Source: Promethearchaeati archaeon SRVP18_Atabeyarchaeia-1
GTDB lineage: Archaea; Asgardarchaeota; Atabeyarchaeia; Atabeyarchaeales; Atabeyarchaeaceae
Reading direction: 5' to 3'
Length of the DNA: 64,000 bases
Assembly: GCA_037308085.1 (NCBI GenBank)
Contig: CP147779.1
Span: 1,888,001-1,952,000 of the forward strand
This document shows positions 9,860 through 18,421 of the stretch, piece by piece; position 1 is the stretch's first letter, and the number at the start of each line of letters is the position of its first letter. A program made the translations under genes and the position numbers. The notes under the pieces are model-generated. The model did not search any database. It was given only the letters and a program-made list of their open reading frames with translations, and was not told where the DNA came from.

Positions 9860-10963
9860 TTACTTTCCCCAGATTCTCTTTTTGATGGCCGATAGGACCC
9901 CCATCCTCCTATTCGTGTTTGTTACTGCTCTGAGCTGCAATGCTTCCTCAAGCGTCCTTGGTCTTATGAATTTCTTCTTTAGGCCCTCGTAGGGTGGAAA
10001 GGCGCCGTGTGTGCCCAAGACTCTTCTCGCATCGGCTACCATCTCTAGTTGTTCAGGGCTCCAGTGGCGACCAACAAAGCTGTCCTTCTTGAGAGCATAT
10101 CGGCCTTTAACCGGCTGATACCTCATTGGATAGGACACTACACCCCACTCCATCGCCTTCTGGAGACGATGCAGCAAGTCTTCCGGGGTATCATTGAAGT
10201 TGTAGAGGAGATAGACCAGGATGTCTCTCGGCCTCACGCCTGCCTGGATCAGCATTTGTATGCCGTCTTCCACTTCCTGTTCCTGCTTTGGTCGATCGAA
10301 GGCAGTCCTTATCATATAGGTTCTGAGTGATGCGAGAACCTCAGCCTTTTCCGGGGTCATTAGCCTCGTGTCTATTCCCTGGTTGAAGTCGACTGGCAGA
10401 TTCAAACTGCGGATCTCAAGGAGAATCTCCTTCCAGTAGGGGGAGGCCAGCATATTGTTGTCCCAGAGGATGATCTTCTTGTGGTCGGGACAGATGAGAT
10501 CCTTGATCGTCTTCCTGCATTTGAACTCCGGCTCCAGTTTCGGGACTGCGCAGAAGGGGCAGTCGTTGATGCATCCTCTTGAACTGAAAACTATGCTTGC
10601 ATTCCAGTCCGGAACCAGGGAATAGTCAGGTATCATGCCTTCGGCTTGCTCGAAGAGCCCCCTATGGATTGTCGCTCCAGACTTCGCTGCATGCTCCGGC
10701 ATGAGCGTTGCGTATATGCCGCCTAGAATGATTTCAGCCTTCGGATATTGCTGCTGATAGAATCTGACAGCCTCGTGCACTGGCTTCCAGGCGTATGTGA
10801 AGAGACTCGTCACATAGATATTGTCTGGGGTCCACGGCGCAGCGACGCATCCCTTCTGAAAGCAGACCTCATCGCCAAGCATCCTGTGATAAGTGGAGAT
10901 CTTCAGAAGCCCAAGAGGAGGGAACCTAGAATAATAGTTTGGCTGAACCAAGAGGGTGCGCAT
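9860..10963 (-). CDS. Radical SAM protein with N-terminal B12-binding-like domain
   Basis: PPLGLLKIS, ILGGIYATL, SRGCINDCPFC, WDNN, DFNQG, YPMRYQP. Confidence 0.9.
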   Translation of the reverse strand: MRTLLVQPNYYSRFPPLGLLKISTYHRMLGDEVCFQKGCVAAPWTPDNIYVTSLFTYAWKPVHEAVRFYQQQYPKAEIILGGIYATLMPEHAAKSGATIHRGLFEQAEGMIPDYSLVPDWNASIVFSSRGCINDCPFCAVPKLEPEFKCRKTIKDLICPDHKKIILWDNNMLASPYWKEILLEIRSLNLPVDFNQGIDTRLMTPEKAEVLASLRTYMIRTAFDRPKQEQEVEDGIQMLIQAGVRPRDILVYLLYNFNDTPEDLLHRLQKAMEWGVVSYPMRYQPVKGRYALKKDSFVGRHWSPEQLEMVADARRVLGTHGAFPPYEGLKKKFIRPRTLEEALQLRAVTNTNRRMGVLSAIKKRIWGK

Positions 10964-11004
10964 AAAGGGTATATGTCTCCGTGATCTTTATTTGTCTTGC
11001 TTCC

Positions 11005-12768
11005 TCATGGAGGGCATTTCTGTGACAACTCAATCATCCTGTATACCAACCCTACTGTTGCAGAGAACATAGTCATCACATTACATCGCTCAGCTTTGGT
11101 CAGATCTTCGAACCATTTGAAGGAATCGCTTCCCTTATCATGCTTCTGAGCGTTGATGAATAAGTCCTGAAGCGCTTGTATTGTCACACCTAATTCCGGA
11201 TTTCGTCTCGTCTCTTGTGGGTCCGTTGAGGAGCCGCTTATCGTCAATTTTCGAGTCGAATGAGAAATTACTTTTTCCCACCCATATGCGGCTTTGGAGA
11301 GACCAAATATTTCATTAGTGCTCAGACCAGTCTTCTTCTTGAGTAGCTCCACAATCTTATCCAGCATGCTTGTTTCAGGCTGTAGCTTTCCTTCCGGCGT
11401 GAGCTTGTCGAAGTCGCTTCTTACAGGTTTGGGCAAAAGACCTAACATACTCTTCTGCAGCTCCTTTGCTTTGGCTAGATCATCTTCTTCAGGCAGTTTC
11501 TTCTTGATCTCGGCTTCCAGTGTCGCAACTTCCTTAGCAGCTTGTTTGCACTTGTCATCTATGACCTGCTTATGAGGCTGAAGCGCAGGGTCTGTTGCGA
11601 AACTTCTGCCGCTACTCATAGCTTTCTTTGCTTTCTCAAGACATTTCTTGGCTGAATTGGTATTTCCCTTTGCCAAATGGTGCTTTGCCTTCTCGATCGA
11701 TTTCGCCTGGTTCTTATCACTTTGGTACCGATTACTGATCTGGAACTCATCCACGAAACTACCAACCTGCTGGAAGAACGGAGCAACAAGCTCGGTACTC
11801 GGCACAAAGTTGTTCCTTGCTGCATTCTCAACTATCTTCGGAGTAACTATGTGGATCTCTCCATATTGCCATTCACTATGCCCACTTGAGAGGTTCTCTA
11901 TGAAATGTTCATCACCGATAGTGAAACCCTTCTTCTTGAAAAAGATGCCCTTGTTCGGCTCGCCTAGTTCCTTATTCTCCTTGTTTGTCAGAAACCAGCC
12001 GAAGGCCACAATTTCGCCGTTTACCTTGAACTCCTTGGGGACAAGATCATTCACAAGGAATATATCGACATCGTCAGGCGGCCTGGATATCGGGTCGCCT
12101 TCAAACTCAATCACAACTTCAGGTAGCTCAACGTCGTGCTCTTTCAGGTAATCGTTCACCTTGTCGGCAAGCAAGAATTTCTTGTTGAAGGGTGCGGGAA
12201 CAGTTCGAGAAAGGTACTTGATTATCTTCTCTTTCTGGAACATAGATTTATGTGTTGTCAGGATTGAGCAAAGTCTTACAACCGTGAAGTGATCTTTGAC
12301 AGACTCTCCTGAGTCAAGATTTGTTTCCTCGATTTCCCCCGTTGACTCTGATAACACATCGGCTGCCGATCTATTGGTTCCATAACTTTGGCGCAGCTTC
12401 TTGCAATCTATTTCTATTCTCAGTTTCTTCTCATTCTTCTTCTTGGTTGTTATAACGATCTTCTCGCAGACTGGGACGCCGCTCCAGATGCCGATACCTC
12501 TCCACCCAACATTTTCAGGTGGCTTGTACGATAGTCCAACGCTCAAAGCCTCTTTCAGCTTGGCTTTATTCATTCCGCTGCCATCGTCGTGAATGACCAG
12601 ATCAAGTGATTCTGGACTCTTAGTCTCGAAGTAGATCTTCACCTTCTTTGGATCGGCGTCCAGACTGTTCTGGACATATTCCCTCAGACAATTCAGATTA
12701 TCAGAATAGAGGCCTTCTGTGATAGCTTCAAGTAGCTTTGCACCAAAATTGTCAATCTCAAACTTCAC
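11005..12768 (-). CDS. GHKL (HSP90/MORC-like, HATPase_c) ATPase with C-terminal helical domain
   Basis: LREYVQNSLDA, IHDDGSGM, GWRGIG Bergerat-fold motifs, then GEIHIV..NAARNNF (S5-like) and a coiled region. Confidence 0.9.
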   Translation of the reverse strand: MKFEIDNFGAKLLEAITEGLYSDNLNCLREYVQNSLDADPKKVKIYFETKSPESLDLVIHDDGSGMNKAKLKEALSVGLSYKPPENVGWRGIGIWSGVPVCEKIVITTKKKNEKKLRIEIDCKKLRQSYGTNRSAADVLSESTGEIEETNLDSGESVKDHFTVVRLCSILTTHKSMFQKEKIIKYLSRTVPAPFNKKFLLADKVNDYLKEHDVELPEVVIEFEGDPISRPPDDVDIFLVNDLVPKEFKVNGEIVAFGWFLTNKENKELGEPNKGIFFKKKGFTIGDEHFIENLSSGHSEWQYGEIHIVTPKIVENAARNNFVPSTELVAPFFQQVGSFVDEFQISNRYQSDKNQAKSIEKAKHHLAKGNTNSAKKCLEKAKKAMSSGRSFATDPALQPHKQVIDDKCKQAAKEVATLEAEIKKKLPEEDDLAKAKELQKSMLGLLPKPVRSDFDKLTPEGKLQPETSMLDKIVELLKKKTGLSTNEIFGLSKAAYGWEKVISHSTRKLTISGSSTDPQETRRNPELGVTIQALQDLFINAQKHDKGSDSFKWFEDLTKAERCNVMTMFSATVGLVYRMIELSQKCPP

Positions 12769-12805
12769 TTACTCAATCCCCCTCACTTCCTTGCTGAACT
12801 ATAGT

Positions 12806-12860
12806 TACCTGATCGCTGGGCGCGTGATATATCGGTTGCGGAGGCATTGCGACATCCACA
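12806..12860 (-). repeat. 55-bp conserved element, copy B, upstream of the GHKL gene
   Basis: 51/55 identical to 8928-8982. Confidence 0.85.
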
Positions 12861-13136
12861 GGATTTTCGAATCTGAGACCATGCTCGGCTACGACACAGG
12901 GACCCAACTTAGAGTCCTTCAACATCTCAGACTACGCGGATTCTCTTAATGTAGATGACCCTTGCGTAAAGTCCGGCGCTTATGAGATTTGGATAAGTGA
13001 CGTGCTCAACAGGCGCACTTGCCAGTCTGATGGTTTTTCTTCGACTGGATCACCTGGACAAGCCAGAACAAAAAAGAGAGAGGGGGAAGACAGGACTCAC
13101 TAGTCTCCAGCTCATCTTCCCTCTGCGATATGTTCA

Positions 13137-13667
13137 CTAGTAGGGGCCTGGAACGAAGAAAGACAATACTGGGAAGTCCCAGTAGTGAACGCCACTGCCG
13201 TCACTGTAAACCCATGATATTACTGCCTTGTAGTTGCCGCCGCCACCACCAGGTCCGTAGGTATATGAGAAGCTTTTGTCGGCTGGTCCATCAAGCCCAA
13301 CGTACTCATTCTGGTTTGTAGCAGGATTCCACATCCAATTGTAGTCCCTGGCAAGCTTGGAGTAGATCACTTGATTGTAGTCCTTCTGGATGACGCCTAA
13401 TATCATTGATCTCAATTTCCACTGTGGGGAATTGCCATCGTAGTTGAGGATTATGTGCCACTCGAACTTCACCGTGTAGTAGTAGACGGGCCCTGATTGC
13501 CAGACGTTAACGGTAATTCTACCCCATGCGTAGTCATCGTTGAGCCAATGGCCCTGTTCCTGAACCAAGGTAGTTGCTGATGCCTGAGTTACTGCGCCCG
13601 CTGAAAAGGTTAGCAAGAAGATCGATAGAACGACAAAGACCATGATGCTCTTACTCATTCTATTCAT
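13137..13667 (-). CDS. Secreted beta-rich hypothetical protein
   Basis: Signal peptide MNRMSKSIMVFVVLSIFLLTFSAGA; aromatic-rich body; GGAGG before the ATG at 13667; T-rich tract downstream. Confidence 0.7.
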   Translation of the reverse strand: MNRMSKSIMVFVVLSIFLLTFSAGAVTQASATTLVQEQGHWLNDDYAWGRITVNVWQSGPVYYYTVKFEWHIILNYDGNSPQWKLRSMILGVIQKDYNQVIYSKLARDYNWMWNPATNQNEYVGLDGPADKSFSYTYGPGGGGGNYKAVISWVYSDGSGVHYWDFPVLSFFVPGPY

Positions 13668-14068
13668 ACTTGTCCTCCACTCAACTGCTTTTCTGTTTCG
13701 TTCTCTTTCTGCCCCTCTTCTGGGGCTAGGCGGTGACCGCCTCCAAAGCATTCAGCTTTGGTTTTGCCCCAATGCATAGGCGGAGCCATCCCCTCCCGGC
13801 ACGGGTCCACCCCTACAATTCTATCCCCTGACGTATAATATGGCGTTTTTCAGGCTGTTATACTTTACTGTTATACCGCTAAACCGCAAGCCTTGAGTAA
13901 GGACTATTCCGTAGACGACAGCAAGGGAGAAAGAAAGAACTTGATAGGAGGTGACAAGAAGTCCTTAATTCGGCAACGCCTGCGCGTTGACCGACAAATT
14001 TATTTAAGATAACAGTGGATATCTTAGCACGCTCTACTATGATAGGGGGTGTAATAGAGGGGTTGAAA

Positions 14069-14281
14069 ATGCCAGTTGAATCACGTGAAATACGCATCGT
14101 CATACCGCCTGAGATAAATGAACTCTTTGCCAAGCAGCCACACATGATCTTCAAAACACATCCTATTCCTGGCCTGTGGCCAGTTACTCTAGAGATTCTC
14201 AAAAACATCGAGGCCCTGAAAAAGCTAGCAGCCAGCAAGGAATTCAACGAGAAGTACGACATCGTAATAATACCGAAGTGA
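14069..14281 (+). CDS. Small (70 aa) hypothetical protein directly upstream of a radical SAM gene
   Basis: TATA-like TTTATTTAAG near 14000; GAGGGG before ATG; MPVESREIRIVIPPE...HPIPGLWPV. Confidence 0.7.
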   Translation: MPVESREIRIVIPPEINELFAKQPHMIFKTHPIPGLWPVTLEILKNIEALKKLAASKEFNEKYDIVIIPK

Positions 14282-14360
14282 GTAGATTGACAAATGGGTG
14301 CAATTGTGGCACCCATTCTTTTGTTGTTTACTCTGCAAACTGAGTTAACAGGGTGGATAC

Positions 14361-15413
14361 ATGTCATCCGAACTCGAAGCACCGTTCTTAAAGAACATCG
14401 GTTTCATGCTCACCTACAAATGTACGATATCGTGTCCACATTGCATTGTTGAGGCTGGACCTCACCGTAAGGAAGAAATGGATCTTGATATGGCTCTGGA
14501 CTGGGTCAAGCAGGCAAGTACCTTTAGAAATGGACATATTGTCGGTCTAGCGTTGACTGGGGGCGAGCCGTTCTATGACCTGGAAAAACTCGCGAAGATC
14601 TCCGAATTTGCCAATAGTCTAGGGTTTGTTGTTTCGGTCGTAACTAACGGCTTTTGGGCAACAACAAGGGATGTCGCGCAAAAGACCATCGCAAGACTTC
14701 CAGCAATTCAGATGATTTCACTTAGCACAGATACTTACCACAGAAGGGCGATTCCACCTCAAAATGTCAAGAATGGCATTTGGGCGGCCAAGCAGCTTGG
14801 GCGGCTGTATAACATTGCGGTCTGTACAGACAACGAAGAGAACCCAGAGTTCAAGGAGATTATTAATGACTTGCGTGCGAATGGGGAAGCCGAAAACACT
14901 AGGACCGCCATAACATACCCTGTAGGCAGAGCGCAGAGGTATGAGGGTCATCTTAATTTTGAGATTGAGGCTGAACCTACGGTCGGGGCGTGTACCATGG
15001 CGAGTTCACCAGTGGTTTTTCCAGATGGGAAAGTAAATGCTTGCATAGGACCAGTGCTGACCTTGCCCTCAGCTCACCCACTCTTCCTCGGGAACTTGCG
15101 AATAGATCGGTTGAATGATATATTAGATCGGGCTGAAATGAATCTTTTCCTACAAACAATACGTGTATGGGGACCACAGAAATTGCAGTCGCTTTTGAAA
15201 GAGCATGGTTTAGGCGATTTGCTCCCCCGAGAGTACATTAAAGACTGCATATGCGATTGCTGCTACAAATTGCTCTCTGACCCGCGGATCGTTGACGCTC
15301 TTAAGAGCATTCTGCAGGATGAGAAGATGGTGAGGATCATAGCTTATGCGAGGGTGTACTATCTTAAAGAGACATTTATGGCGGAACGACTTGACTTGGT
15401 GACAAAGGGATAG
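14361..15413 (+). CDS. Radical SAM protein (same subfamily as 4431..5396)
   Basis: CTISCPHC, TGGEP, TNGFWA, C-terminal C..ACIG and CICDCC. Confidence 0.9.
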   Translation: MSSELEAPFLKNIGFMLTYKCTISCPHCIVEAGPHRKEEMDLDMALDWVKQASTFRNGHIVGLALTGGEPFYDLEKLAKISEFANSLGFVVSVVTNGFWATTRDVAQKTIARLPAIQMISLSTDTYHRRAIPPQNVKNGIWAAKQLGRLYNIAVCTDNEENPEFKEIINDLRANGEAENTRTAITYPVGRAQRYEGHLNFEIEAEPTVGACTMASSPVVFPDGKVNACIGPVLTLPSAHPLFLGNLRIDRLNDILDRAEMNLFLQTIRVWGPQKLQSLLKEHGLGDLLPREYIKDCICDCCYKLLSDPRIVDALKSILQDEKMVRIIAYARVYYLKETFMAERLDLVTKG

Positions 15414-15498
15414 TCTTTGGTTAACCCGAGCTAATGGGCTTCTATGTGTGTTTTGGCTGCCGAGCGCTCGCCTAGCCTGTGGCACAGAAAGTTCGTGG

Positions 15499-15529
15499 AG
15501 AGGTTTTCTCTTTTCCGGTCATCCCAAGC
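15499..15529. repeat. 31-bp perfect direct repeat, copy 1
   Basis: AGAGGTTTTCTCTTTTCCGGTCATCCCAAGC, identical at 16739-16769. Confidence 0.9.
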
Positions 15530-15548
15530 TCGCCCGCTTATGAACACT

Positions 15549-16391
15549 CTAGCTCCCGGTGGCCTTGTCCTTGAGTTTCGCTATCAATACTGTGAACCAT
15601 GGAATGACGCAGATGGCGAACGGAATGAGGCACAGTATGACAATGCCAACATTGTATAACAGATTGGTCGAAAAATCGGTGAAGATGGCCTCCACAATAT
15701 GAAGAAGGTAGGCTGTCCACAGAAAACCTACGAAGAAGACATTAGCTCTAAAGATGTGCCTTGTCCATCTCATGAGTCGACTCTTCTCGTAAGGTTGTTT
15801 TAGTGTGAGGTGGCAAGAGAGCCCCAATACAAGTTCATATGCGAATATGTGTGGATAGCTTTTCTCATTTAACAGTTGGACACGTCTATAGAAGAGGAAC
15901 CAGGAAAGAACAAACACCAAAGAGGCTGTCATCAGGATATAGGAAGTCAAATCTGTAATCCTATTGATGACGGTATACATGAAGAAGAGAAAGGAGACTG
16001 GAACGAAAAGTGAACTCATCGTGAACATCTGATGACTTCTTTCATCAATCTGTTGGCTGAGAAACTCATGATTCCTCCAATACTTCTTGCATAGAAGACT
16101 GCGGTCCGGTAGCCTTGCCATCCGGGCGGCGAATTTGCGGTAGAGCGATTCCACATTTTGCTTCTCCTGTTTCCTTAGCGACTTCAGGTTTTCTGCTGCT
16201 ATCTCTGCGAATACCCATTCCATCCCTCTCAGGTTTTTGGCTTTCTCTTCTTTTGCCTCCTTGATCAGCGTTGAGATTTCGGCGGGCGCGTCGGCTACCT
16301 TCCTGGTCCTTCGATTCATGCCTCTTCCTCTTTGCCACGTTCGGATTCCCTTTTCAGAGTCATTGTCTTCCTTGCTTGTTCCCGTCGTCAT
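15549..16391 (-). CDS. Hypothetical multi-pass membrane protein with charged N-terminus
   Basis: Basic/helical first ~115 aa followed by about 4 hydrophobic segments. Confidence 0.7.
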   Translation of the reverse strand: MTTGTSKEDNDSEKGIRTWQRGRGMNRRTRKVADAPAEISTLIKEAKEEKAKNLRGMEWVFAEIAAENLKSLRKQEKQNVESLYRKFAARMARLPDRSLLCKKYWRNHEFLSQQIDERSHQMFTMSSLFVPVSFLFFMYTVINRITDLTSYILMTASLVFVLSWFLFYRRVQLLNEKSYPHIFAYELVLGLSCHLTLKQPYEKSRLMRWTRHIFRANVFFVGFLWTAYLLHIVEAIFTDFSTNLLYNVGIVILCLIPFAICVIPWFTVLIAKLKDKATGS

Positions 16392-16450
16392 GATCCCCCC
16401 ACATGTGAGTCAGATTTTTCATTCGACCTCTCCTTCTCGACAGGGATCCT

Positions 16451-16639
16451 CTAGATTTCGGTCAGCCTCTCAGCGGTTCCTTTCCACGTCTGCCTCATTT
16501 TCTCGATCCTGTCGAAGCATTCGTTAACGCGCCCGCTCACGAGGGTCAGCTCGTACTGCAGCTTCTGAACCTGCTTCTTGACGAGTCCAAGGTCAAGTTC
16601 CAGACCGTGTACTTTGTCTTTCTCATTCATCCCCCTCAC
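16451..16639 (-). CDS. Small coiled-coil hypothetical protein
   Basis: Heptad pattern LELDLGLVKKQVQKLQYEL; GGAGGG upstream. Confidence 0.55.
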   Translation of the reverse strand: MRGMNEKDKVHGLELDLGLVKKQVQKLQYELTLVSGRVNECFDRIEKMRQTWKGTAERLTEI

Positions 16640-16738
16640 CCTCCTAAGTAGATATCAGTCTGTTGCCAGTGTCTTTCCTATCCCAGCTAACTTCCCAGCG
16701 GAGGGTGCTTGGTCTCCAATCCCCCCTCTTCCCTGAAT

Positions 16739-16769
16739 AGAGGTTTTCTCTTTTCCGGTCATCCCAAGC
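16739..16769. repeat. 31-bp perfect direct repeat, copy 2
   Basis: Identical to 15499-15529. Confidence 0.9.
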
Positions 16770-16817
16770 ACCCTCATTCGCACAATTCAGTTAGATGAAT
16801 CACTCTTTTGCATCAGT

Positions 16818-18010
16818 CTACCTTCTGGAGGCGTACAGGTATTCACGCCTCATCTGCTGCCAAGAGGCGCCCGCACTCACGGCAAACGGTTGGCCGCATA
16901 GGCGCAGGCCACGGTGGAGTATCGCCAAGCTGGCGAGCCTATCCCGGTTGTAGTCCACGCTACAGTTCCTGCATCTGCTTATTGCCCAAGCTGGGTGCTT
17001 CAAGGTTCCACCGCAGACGGGGCACTTCGATGAGGTCCCCCTCGGGCTAACGTAGAAAGTCCTCTAACGGCTCTTATACTCAACCATTCTTTGAAACTCT
17101 CTATATGGCTAGCGGTTAAGGTACGTCCTAAACCTCCTGCTGCTTGCCAGGCCCTTCCTTCCTCTTCCCTGCCTTATCCCCTTCAGGTCCTCGAAGACGA
17201 AGGATGTGCTAGGGTTCTTCCGGACGATCTGGGTTGACAGCTTGTGGAGCGCGTCCTTAACCCTGTCTCTCTGTCTGCCCCTTGTCGCCTCAAGCTTCCT
17301 CTCCCTCTTCCCGGGGTTCCTAACGTGCAGCCGGATGAGCCTCCGCCTCCTCGAGAAGTCGTTCTGAACTTGCACTACCCTGTTAAGGGAGTTGGTGTGG
17401 GGTGACTCCAGCCCTATGCTGCCGCTGCTGAACGCTGAGGAGTCTGCGCTGTGGAAGTTGAGGTCCAAACCAGCCAGCCTCGCAGCGAGGGGCTTCCCGC
17501 CACCACGCCCTACGGCGAAGGTGACGCAGAGTTTTCTGTCCGTCAACAGGATCTCGCATGCCTCCCCTGCAGCGCTGTACTCGCTCCACTTCTTGTGGCC
17601 TGGAATGAAAGTGATATATTCATAGGTGAAAGGCTTCAGGGTGACCCTGACGGTCACGCTTCCGTCGGGGTTCGGTGAGAGGCGGAAGAGCTCGGAGTCG
17701 ATCCTCATGGCGAGCCTCCCATGCCTCTTCCTGTACGACCGTAGGAGCGCCACGGCCGTTCTGCAGAGGGGGTTGACGTGGTGCCTCGCATACTCGCAGC
17801 GGGTGTCGAACCAAGGCTTCACCCTCCTCCTCAGCGCAACCGGGTTGGGGATCAAGAGGCGACCGCTTATCTTGGCTGAGGCGTATGCCTGGGCGAGAGA
17901 CGTCGCTAGTGCGTCCTTCATGTCTTCGAGGTATTTGAGTATGCTGCTGGATGGCTGGTACTTTACTGCGATGGTTCTCTTTTCGCCTTCTCTGGTCTTC
18001 CACCTATGAT
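16818..18010 (-). pseudogene. tnpB: TnpB-family RNA-guided nuclease pseudogene with two in-frame TAG stops
   Basis: GLDLN (RuvC-I), FVFEDL (RuvC-II), then LNR*PYREFQRMVEYKSR*RTFYVSPRGTSSKCPVCG...CRNC...NRDRLAS (Zn finger, RuvC-III) in one frame; stops at 17109-17111 and 17064-17066; 5' boundary approximate. Confidence 0.85.
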
Positions 18011-18421
18011 GCTTCCCTGGATCTGCTGCTGCCACTGCGGTGCCGATAGTCCCGCCTCCTTGACTGCTTGTTGGAGCTTCCTGCTCGCCTCGTAATTTCT
18101 CGGTCTTTGTGGCTTCTCGCTGGGCTCCTGCCTGCTCTGTCCCCGCCCTGCATGGCCTCGGCGCAGGCACCCAAGCGACCTAAGGGTGCTTCCCTGGAAG
18201 AGCATAGCTGTTCCACATTCGTCTACATGTAATTGCGTCTATTTATACAGTCCATCCGAACGGTTCGTTTCCCTCCCAAGATGATGTTAGGTGATGAACG
18301 TTGAAGCCAATATCGACGTCTCGCCGGGTAGTAAGATGCCTAGCTTTTTTGCGTGGCAAGGCTAGCTGAACGGAGTCGAAAACGAAGCCTATAAATAATT
18401 CTCCCAGCCGTAGTACCGCCC

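Noticed and set aside
8928-16769. CRISPR array or integron attC array from the 55-bp and 31-bp repeats
   Set aside because: Only two copies each, kilobases apart, not palindromic like attC, and no cas or integrase gene in the window
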